From the NCBI GenBank assembly GCA_963847705.1, contig CAWKBC010000040.1, positions 108,003 through 172,002 on the forward strand: a stretch of 64,000 nucleotides of DNA, in the 5' to 3' direction. A model generated the notes under the pieces. That model worked only from the letters and a program-made list of their open reading frames with translations. It did not search any database and had not been told where the DNA came from. Position numbers and translations under genes: made by a program. Below are positions 57,142 to 64,000 of the stretch, one piece after another. Numbering within the stretch: position 1 is the stretch's first letter; every line of letters starts with the position of its first letter. The DNA is from an uncultured Pseudomonadota bacterium. Lineage in GTDB: Bacteria > Myxococcota_A > Polyangia > Fen-1088.

Positions 57142-59409
57142 ATGTTTGAAAGGGTGCTGCCCGGTTCCACTACCTCGGAGGGCACCGTGTTTCGAACACT
57201 ACGCAGAGCAACGATTCTGACAATTCTCTCGTCCACCGCGTTCGTCGTCGGCAGCTGCGGCGCCGAACGCTCGACTTCCACCACCAACAACGCGGGGCTC
57301 GGCTCCGTCGACATCGCGCTGGTTCAAGGCGGCGTGACACTCACGACCGTCAACTATTCCATCAGCGGCCCCGGCGGATTTTCCAAGACGGGCTCGATCA
57401 ACGTGGCGTCGAGCAACACAGTCTCGGCGGTCATCGGCGGCCTGCCGGCCGGCACCGGCTACACGATTGCGCTCACCGGGACCGGCACCGACGGCACCGC
57501 CTGCGCCGGCAGCGCGCCGTTCACCGTGACCGCGGGGACCGTCACCGCCGTCAGCGTCGGGCTCGACTGCCACCAGCCGGCCAAGACCGGCAGCATCGCG
57601 GTCAATGGCACGATCAACGTCTGCCCGAACCTGGACGCGCTCTCGGCCAGCCCGGCTGAAGTGGCTGTCGGCTCCAGCCTGTCGCTGTCGGCCGTCGCCG
57701 ACAATCCCGACAACGGTCCGTCGCCGCTCGCCTACAGCTGGACGGCCAGCAGCGGCACGCTCACCGGCGCCAACACCGCCAGCCCCAGCTTCAAGTGCCT
57801 CACCACCGGCCCCGCCACCGTCTCGGTGACGGTCTCCGACGGCGACCCGCAGGCGAGCTGCGCGGCGCAGGGCTCGGTGCAGGTGACCTGCAGCGGCCAC
57901 AACGACGCCGCCTTGCTCGTCCCGACCGCCACCCCAATCAAGCACGTGGTGGTGGTGTTCGGCGAGAACATCTCGTTCGACCACTACTTCGGCACCTACC
58001 CGGGGACCAACAACCTGCTCACCCCGCTCGACACCACCAACAACTTCGCGCCGCTGGCGGGCCTCGACCTCCTCAACAACAACCCGGTCAAGAACAACGC
58101 GGCGAACGGCACGGGGGCGGTCAATCCGTTCCTGCTCTCCGGACCGGCGCAGGCCTTCACGTCGGATCAGGGGCACAACTACAAGCCCGAGCAGCAGGCC
58201 TCGGACAATGGCGCGATGGACCTCTTCCCTTCATTCACGGGCACCGCGGGACCGCCGCCGGGAGCGCCGCCCGCCGCCACGACCAAGGGGTTGGTGATGG
58301 CGTACTTCGACGGCAGCACCGTCGGCGAGTACTGGAGCATCGCGCAGAACTTCGCGATGAGCGACAACTCCTGGACCACGATGTTCGGCCCCTCCACGCC
58401 GGGCGCCATCAACCTCATCTCGGGCCAGACCAACGGCTTCGGCGCCACCAACAAGGATCCGTCGACGTTCTCCACCAACCACGTCTCGCCCGACGGCAAC
58501 GGCGGCTGGACGCTGATCGGCGACACCGACCCGCTGCACGACGTCTGCTCCACCTCCTCGGAGCAGAACCTCTTCGTCGGGCAGAACATCGGTGATCTGC
58601 TCAACGCCAAGAGCCTCAGCTGGGGCTGGTTCGAGGGCGGCTTCGACATCACCGCGACCAACGCCAACGGGACGACCGGCTGCAACCGCGAGACCAATCC
58701 GACGGTGCCCTTCCCGGCCGGCGAGGTCTCGGCGGACTACATCCCGCACCACGCGCCCTTCCAGTACTACCCGTCGACCGCCAACCCCACCCACGCGCGC
58801 CCGAGCTCGGTCGCCGCGATCGGCACCACCGACGTGGCCAACCACAACTACGACTCCACGGACTTCTTCGCCGCGCTCGCGGCGGGGAACCTGCCGTCGG
58901 TGGTCTACCTGAAGGCCCCGGCCTTCCAGGACGGCCACGCCGGCTACTCCGACCCGGTCGACGAGATGAACTTCGTCACCAAGGTGATGACGACTCTCCA
59001 GGGCAGCCAGGAGTGGGCATCCACCGCGGTCATCTTCGCCTACGACGACTCGGACGGCTGGTATGATCACCAGGCGCCCCCGATCGTGAACCCCTCGACC
59101 GCCGCGATCGATCAGCTCAACGGCCCGGGTGTCTGCACCCACGGCGCGCAGCAGACCGGTCCCGCACCGGCGACGCCGCTCCTCGGCGCCGACGGCAAGC
59201 CGGCCATGGGCCGCTGCGGCTACGGGACGCGCGTCCCGCTGCTGGTCGCCTCGCCCTACGCCAAGAAGGGCTTCGTCGACCACACGCTGACCGACCAGAG
59301 CTCGATCCTGAAGTTCGTCGAGGACAACTGGCTCGGCGGACAGCGGATCCAGACCGGTGGGTCGTTCGACACCATCGCCGGCTCAATCCAGAACATGTTC
59401 AGCTTCTGA
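57142..59409 (+). CDS. Phosphoesterase / phospholipase C (AcpA-like) lipoprotein with N-terminal Ig-like domains
   Basis: Lipobox VGSC; ATPIKHVVVVFGENISFDHYFGTYP, FGPSTPGAINL, YIPHHAPFQYY, DGHAGYSDP, YDDSDGWYDH, RCGYGTRVP. Confidence 0.9.
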   Translation: MFERVLPGSTTSEGTVFRTLRRATILTILSSTAFVVGSCGAERSTSTTNNAGLGSVDIALVQGGVTLTTVNYSISGPGGFSKTGSINVASSNTVSAVIGGLPAGTGYTIALTGTGTDGTACAGSAPFTVTAGTVTAVSVGLDCHQPAKTGSIAVNGTINVCPNLDALSASPAEVAVGSSLSLSAVADNPDNGPSPLAYSWTASSGTLTGANTASPSFKCLTTGPATVSVTVSDGDPQASCAAQGSVQVTCSGHNDAALLVPTATPIKHVVVVFGENISFDHYFGTYPGTNNLLTPLDTTNNFAPLAGLDLLNNNPVKNNAANGTGAVNPFLLSGPAQAFTSDQGHNYKPEQQASDNGAMDLFPSFTGTAGPPPGAPPAATTKGLVMAYFDGSTVGEYWSIAQNFAMSDNSWTTMFGPSTPGAINLISGQTNGFGATNKDPSTFSTNHVSPDGNGGWTLIGDTDPLHDVCSTSSEQNLFVGQNIGDLLNAKSLSWGWFEGGFDITATNANGTTGCNRETNPTVPFPAGEVSADYIPHHAPFQYYPSTANPTHARPSSVAAIGTTDVANHNYDSTDFFAALAAGNLPSVVYLKAPAFQDGHAGYSDPVDEMNFVTKVMTTLQGSQEWASTAVIFAYDDSDGWYDHQAPPIVNPSTAAIDQLNGPGVCTHGAQQTGPAPATPLLGADGKPAMGRCGYGTRVPLLVASPYAKKGFVDHTLTDQSSILKFVEDNWLGGQRIQTGGSFDTIAGSIQNMFSF

Positions 59410-59435
59410 TTCGGCTGTAGCTTCTGCCTCGATTC

Positions 59436-59476
59436 ACGGCGGCAGTCCCCTCGGGGTCTGCCGCCGTTTCCTTATT
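59436..59476 (+). terminator. Intrinsic terminator
   Basis: ACGGCGGCAG-tcccctcggggt-CTGCCGCCGT followed by TTCCTTATT, between convergent stops. Confidence 0.7.
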
Positions 59477-59487
59477 CCCCAGCGCTG

Positions 59488-60636
59488 TCAGCGGGGGACG
59501 CCCAGGAGGCGCAGCCCCATTCCGATCGCCGCCCCGCCCAGCATCAGCCAGGTGGCGTTGATCTTGTACCGCAGCAAAAGGACCGCGGCCGCCAGTCCCA
59601 GGACCGCGGTCGGCAGGTCGACGATCGCCGCCCGCGCCAGCTGCGCGGTGACCACCGCCATGAGGGCGAGCGAGGCGACGTTCAACCCGTCGAGGAACGC
59701 GCCGGCGACAGGAGAGGCGCGCAGCTTCGAGACCAGGGGCCCGCTCGCCGCCACGAAAACAAAAGCGGGAAGGAAGATTCCGGCCGTGGCCACCAGCGCG
59801 CCCCGGGGCCCGGCCAGCAGATAGCCGATGAAGGTCGCCGTGGTGAAGACCGGCCCCGGCGTCACCTGACCGGCCGCCACGGCGTCGATGAGCTGTCCCT
59901 CGGTGAGCCAGTGCAACCGCTGAACGAGATCGGAGCGGAGCAAGGCCACCAGGACGTATCCGCTGCCGAACAGAACAGAGCCAATCTTCAAGAACACCCC
60001 GAAGAGCCCTGAAAGACTGACCGCGCCGAGAGCGGCCGCGCCAGTGGCGGCGGGTGGCCAGCCCGGAAGGAGCTGTCTGAGCGGCCCTTCACCCGCCAGC
60101 CGCCTTGCTCGGATCGCGGCGACGAGCGCCGCCGCTCCGAACAGGGTCACCAGCTCATTGACCCCCAGCGAGGCTGCCACCACCGCCAGCGCACCCACGG
60201 CCCGCAACGTCCAGCTGCGGGCCGCCGCCGGCGTCAAATTCCACAGCGCCTGCAGGACCACGGCGACGACGACAGGCTTGACGCCCCAGAGCAGCCAGCC
60301 AACCTGCGGCCGCTTGCCGAACCGAACGTACGCCCACCCGAGCACGGCGGTGATGAGCATCGCTGGAACGATGAAGCAGACGCCCGCCACCAGGAGACCA
60401 GCCCAGCTGCGGCGCGCCCAGCCGATGTGAATGGCCATCTCCGTCGAGTTCGGCCCGGGGATCAGGTTCGTGGCGCCGAGGAGATCGAGGAAGCGCTCGT
60501 CGGTCAGCCAGCCGCGTCGTCGGACCACCTCGTCCCGCATCATCGCGATGTGCGCGGCCGGGCCTCCGAAGGCGGTGGCGCCCAATCTCAAAAAGAGCGC
60601 CGCCAGTTCCCCCAGAGACGTTGGCGCCTCGTCCAC
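59488..60636 (-). CDS. chrA: Chromate transporter, CHR family
   Basis: LGATAFGGPAAHIAMM, IPGPNSTE, KIGSVLFGSGYVL, GQVTPGPVFTTATFIG. Confidence 0.93.
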   Translation of the reverse strand: MDEAPTSLGELAALFLRLGATAFGGPAAHIAMMRDEVVRRRGWLTDERFLDLLGATNLIPGPNSTEMAIHIGWARRSWAGLLVAGVCFIVPAMLITAVLGWAYVRFGKRPQVGWLLWGVKPVVVAVVLQALWNLTPAAARSWTLRAVGALAVVAASLGVNELVTLFGAAALVAAIRARRLAGEGPLRQLLPGWPPAATGAAALGAVSLSGLFGVFLKIGSVLFGSGYVLVALLRSDLVQRLHWLTEGQLIDAVAAGQVTPGPVFTTATFIGYLLAGPRGALVATAGIFLPAFVFVAASGPLVSKLRASPVAGAFLDGLNVASLALMAVVTAQLARAAIVDLPTAVLGLAAAVLLLRYKINATWLMLGGAAIGMGLRLLGVPR

Positions 60637-60755
60637 GCCACGATCATCTCTCACGAAGACCGCCGCGCGCATGCCAAAGGCGAAGGCGATCTGGTGTCGA
60701 TCCTGTGATTCATTCGTCACTATCGACTGGCGCGGTTCCGAAATATCTTGGGCGT

Positions 60756-62384
60756 TTGATTCGTCGCCGGAAATTCCTGGCTCTCGCTACCACCTTGCTC
60801 CCAGCCTGGGCTTGCCGCCGGAGCGCAATCGCCCCGGCGCCGCGCGCCGAACCGCCGCCTGCGGCGCCGCCCACCGAGGGGCCGCCGCTTCATCCGGACG
60901 CGCTGGCACGTTTCGTCGATCCGCTGCCGATCCCGCGCACGCTGGCGCCCGAGGGGACCCGCCCCGACCCGCGCGATCCCACCAGGCAGATCCCCTTTTA
61001 CAAGGTCGCCATGGCCGAGGTGCTCGCCAAGATCCACCGCGACGTCCCGGCGACCCGCTTCTGGGGTTACGGCGGCAGCTTTCCCGGCCCGACGTTCGAG
61101 ACCCGGAGCGGCCAGGGCGTCCTCGTCGAGTGGGTGAACCAGCTGCCTGCTCGGCACTTCCTTCCCATCGATCACACGCTTTGTGGCGCCGGCAAGGATC
61201 GCCCGGACGTCCGCGCCGTCACCCACGTGCACGGGGCCAAGGCGCCTCCGGAGAGCGATGGCTACCCCGAAGATTGGACCACGGCCGGACATTCCTCGCT
61301 GTTTCACTACCCGAACCAGCAGGAGGCGGCGACGCTCTGGTACCACGACCACGCGATGGGAATCGAGCGCCTCAACCAGTACGCCGGCCTGCTCGGCGTC
61401 TACCTGCTTCGCGATGCGGCCGAAGACGCGCTCGATCTGCCCCGCGCCCCTCACGAGCTGCCGCTGGTCCTCTGCGACCGGCTGTTCGGGCAAGACGGTC
61501 AGCTTCGGTACTCGACCTCCGGCGCGCCCGACGCCCCCTGGATCCCGGAGATCTACTGCGATGCCCACCTGGTGAACGGGAAGCTGTTCCCCTACCTGGA
61601 CGTCGAGCCGCGCCGCTACCGGTTTCGCGTCGTCAACGCCTCGAACTCGCGCTTTTACGACCTGTCGCTCTCGACCGGCGCAACGTTTCACCAGATCGGG
61701 ACCGACCAGGGGTTGCTGCCGGCGCCGGTTCCACTCACCACGCTCACGCTGGCGCCCGCGGAGCGAGCCGATCTGCTCGTCGATTTCAGCGGCGAGGCCG
61801 GTCAGAGGCTCCTGCTCAAGAGCCAGGCGTTCGAGCTGATGCAGTTTCGCGTCGCGGCGGGCTCAGGGGCGCGCTCGGCGGCGCTGCCGGCGAAGCTGCG
61901 CCCGGTGCGGAAGATTCCCGCGTCGGCAGCGGTTCACACCCGGACCCTGACGCTCAACGAGTACCACGACCCCCAGACCCACCGGATGCTGATGCTGCTC
62001 GATGGCAAACACTGGCACGAGCCGGTGACGGAGAAGCCGGAGCTCGACAGCGTCGAGATCTGGCGCCTCATGAACCTCACCGAGGACAGCCACCCCATTC
62101 ACCTACATCTGGTGCGGTTTCAGATCCTCGACCGCCAGCTGTTCGACGCGGACGAGTACCGCACCTCGGGGAAGCTGCTGCTCGAACGGAAGCCGATGCC
62201 GCCGGCCGCCAACGAGGCCGGCTGGAAGGACACCGTCCGCGTCGACCCCGGGACGATCACTCGAATCATCATGAAATTCGAGGGTTACCCGGGACGCTAC
62301 GTCTGGCACTGCCACCTGCTCGAGCACGCCGCCAATGAGATGATGCGCCCGTTCGAGGTGGTCGCCCGGCAGAGGTCGGGGTGA
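60756..62384 (+). CDS. Tat-exported multicopper oxidase (CotA/bilirubin oxidase-like)
   Basis: TTG start then RRRKFL; HVHG, WYHDH, HPIHLH, WHCHLLEH...EMM. Confidence 0.93.
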   Translation: MIRRRKFLALATTLLPAWACRRSAIAPAPRAEPPPAAPPTEGPPLHPDALARFVDPLPIPRTLAPEGTRPDPRDPTRQIPFYKVAMAEVLAKIHRDVPATRFWGYGGSFPGPTFETRSGQGVLVEWVNQLPARHFLPIDHTLCGAGKDRPDVRAVTHVHGAKAPPESDGYPEDWTTAGHSSLFHYPNQQEAATLWYHDHAMGIERLNQYAGLLGVYLLRDAAEDALDLPRAPHELPLVLCDRLFGQDGQLRYSTSGAPDAPWIPEIYCDAHLVNGKLFPYLDVEPRRYRFRVVNASNSRFYDLSLSTGATFHQIGTDQGLLPAPVPLTTLTLAPAERADLLVDFSGEAGQRLLLKSQAFELMQFRVAAGSGARSAALPAKLRPVRKIPASAAVHTRTLTLNEYHDPQTHRMLMLLDGKHWHEPVTEKPELDSVEIWRLMNLTEDSHPIHLHLVRFQILDRQLFDADEYRTSGKLLLERKPMPPAANEAGWKDTVRVDPGTITRIIMKFEGYPGRYVWHCHLLEHAANEMMRPFEVVARQRSG

Positions 62385-62469
62385 CTTGTGACATGGCGCC
62401 GGCTTGCTGGCCCCCCCGGGGTGGAGTAGCTTTCAGGCGCTTTCTGCAGCATTTTTAGGATTCGCCCCC

Positions 62470-63045
62470 TTGTTTGGACTCGTCTTCACCCTCGCCGTCA
62501 CGGTCGTCCCGGCTATGCCGTCGGTTGTCGCGGCTACGCCGTCGGCCGTGCCGTCGATGCCGTCCGCGAGCGTCACCTGTCCGGGGTGGCCGGCGAGCTG
62601 CGACGGCGCCTGGGGCGCCTTGACCGTCGATGATTCGGCCGACGCGCCCGCGCAGCCGGCGACAGACGACGGCCCTCGCGACTACGCGACGCCGGCGGAG
62701 ATCGATTGCCCGACGCCGCCCGAGGCCCCGGCACTTCCCCCCGTGGCGAGCGGCGAGTGCAGCGAGCCGCCGCTCAATCTGTGGTACCGGGTCTCGCGTT
62801 ATCCCGACAGCGAGCGGCCGCCCGAATCGCTCGTCCCCGCCCCCCGACACGCCCGCGGCAATCGCGGCATGAGCTCGGGTGGCGCGCAGGACGTCGGCCA
62901 TTGGTCGGCGCCCGACCTGCAACCGCTGGCGCTGTTCGCCCTGCCCGGTTTCGTTTCCACCGGCGCGCGCACTCATTCGGACGTCTCGAGTCGAACGATC
63001 CCGGCCCGCGCGCTCGCGCCGCCGGATCGGCCGCCTCGCGCCTGA
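62470..63045 (+). CDS. Hypothetical secreted Pro-rich protein ending PPDRPPRA; candidate arrest-peptide uORF
   Basis: Hydrophobic N-terminus (FGLVFTLAVTVV), four Cys, disordered body, Pro-rich C-terminus; start could be 62404 or 62470. Confidence 0.55.
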   Translation: MFGLVFTLAVTVVPAMPSVVAATPSAVPSMPSASVTCPGWPASCDGAWGALTVDDSADAPAQPATDDGPRDYATPAEIDCPTPPEAPALPPVASGECSEPPLNLWYRVSRYPDSERPPESLVPAPRHARGNRGMSSGGAQDVGHWSAPDLQPLALFALPGFVSTGARTHSDVSSRTIPARALAPPDRPPRA

Positions 63046-63157
63046 GCCCGGCTCGAGGTCTCTGGTTTGACGCGCGTGTGGGGAGGGCCGCGCCCCCGCA
63101 GGTGCCTGTTTTATCGTCGCGCGGCGCTTTTCGTCTTTCTCGTAAATGGAGCTGATC

Positions 63158-64000
63158 ATGAACAAAGGAACCGTATTGGCATTGTTGCTGGTGGTGCTGG
63201 GAGGCGGATACGGCCTCGGGCGCCTGGCGACGCGTGACAAGGACACTTCGAGCCCGGCGGCGGCGACCGCGATGCCGACCGCCAAAGGGCCGAGCGACGG
63301 CATCCCGCGCACCCGGGTGGCGCTCGAAGGGCCGATGAGGGGACCGGCGGACGCCAAGGTCACCATCGTCGAGTTCTCCGACTTTCAGTGCCCGTTCTGC
63401 AGCCGCGTCGTCCCCACGGTCGACAAGATCTTGAAGGACTACCCGAAGCAGGTCCGGCTCTTCTTCCGCCACAACCCGCTTCCGTTCCACGACAAGGCGC
63501 CGCTGGCTGCCGAGGCCGGCGTCGCCGCGGAGGCGCAGGGGAAGTTCTGGGAGATGCACGACAAGATGTTCGGCAACCAGCAGGCGCTGGACCGGGCAGG
63601 CCTGGAGAAGGACGCGCAAGAGATCGGTCTCGACATGAACAAGTTCAAGACCGCCCTCGACACCCATTCGGGTAAGGCGCGCGTGGACGCCGACCTGGCG
63701 GCCGGCAAGCAGATCGGCGTGCAGGGAACGCCGAACTTCTACATCGACGGCCGCAACGTGACGGGCGCGCAGCCGTACGAGGAGTTCAAGAAGGTCATCG
63801 ACGACGAGATCTCGCGCGCCGACAAGCTGATCGCCGCGGGGACGGCCCCCGCGATGGTCTACGCCGCCTTCATGAAGGGCGCCAGCGCGACCCCCCCGCC
63901 CCCGCGGCGGGCAAGGCTCCGGGCGCCGGCACCGAGGTCTACAAGGTCGCCGTGGGCGACGCGCCGACCCGCGGCGGCAACCAGCCGAAGGTCACGGTCA
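63158..64000 (+). CDS. DsbA/thioredoxin_4-family protein with at least two domains; frameshift in the C-run at 63891-63903; runs off the right edge
   Basis: Not in the ORF track: MNKGTVLALLLVVLGGG...AKVTIVEFSDFQCPFCSR...FRHNPLPFH...GKFWEMHD...GVQGTPNF; the second domain (EVYKVAVGDAPTRGGNQPKVTV) is in a shifted frame. Confidence 0.9.
   Translation, partial: MNKGTVLALLLVVLGGGYGLGRLATRDKDTSSPAAATAMPTAKGPSDGIPRTRVALEGPMRGPADAKVTIVEFSDFQCPFCSRVVPTVDKILKDYPKQVRLFFRHNPLPFHDKAPLAAEAGVAAEAQGKFWEMHDKMFGNQQALDRAGLEKDAQEIGLDMNKFKTALDTHSGKARVDADLAAGKQIGVQGTPNFYIDGRNVTGAQPYEEFKKVIDDEISRADKLIAAGTAPAMVYAAFMKGASATPPPPRRARLRAPAPRSTRSPWATRRPAAATSRRSRS

Noticed and set aside
40641-62408. Sigma-54-like sites at ~40641 (TTGGCTATAAATTGC) and ~62394 (TGGCGCCGGCTTGC)
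   Set aside because: GG-to-GC spacing is 9 nt rather than the required 10.

Overview
High-GC (~70% by eye) bacterial DNA with a Myxococcota/Polyangia-like gene repertoire: Hanks-type Ser/Thr kinases, Gly-rich-linker lipoproteins, Cys-rich surface proteins and a small conserved myxobacterial-type protein. About 55 CDSs; I saw no rRNA, tRNA, CRISPR array or transposase. From left to right: (1) a xylan/cell-surface locus with two Cys-rich lipoproteins (one carrying 2 CBM_4_9-like domains), a GH10 xylanase, two membrane Ser/Thr kinases with PEGA-like C-termini and a TPR/beta-barrel protein; (2) PrxQ, a 12-repeat adhesin ending in a SUEL-type lectin domain, and udk; (3) phoU-pstSCAB with a Pho-box-like site; (4) an HtrA-like protease; (5) a 6-TM PAS histidine kinase followed by an alpha-oxoamine-synthase-family PLP enzyme, reminiscent of CqsS/CqsA; (6) FGE, DUF2092, SCP2, a glycogen-debranching-like enzyme, an internally deleted ThrE, an inverted-architecture OmpA and a GH63; (7) a six-gene two-component island; (8) aqpZ, a Tat phosphoesterase and DUF4266-DUF3570-TlpA; (9) DnaJ/B12 radical SAM/2OG oxygenase; (10) a YidD-like/TPR/LolA-like operon; (11) GH5, a second phosphoesterase, ChrA, a multicopper oxidase, an RPPR-terminated candidate arrest-peptide uORF and a DsbA-like gene. 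Three genes are broken by the same +1 event (GATCG read as GATTCG) and one by a homopolymer indel. This points to motif-specific, possibly methylation-linked, long-read errors rather than true pseudogenes. All family calls come from motif recognition by eye, not from database searches.
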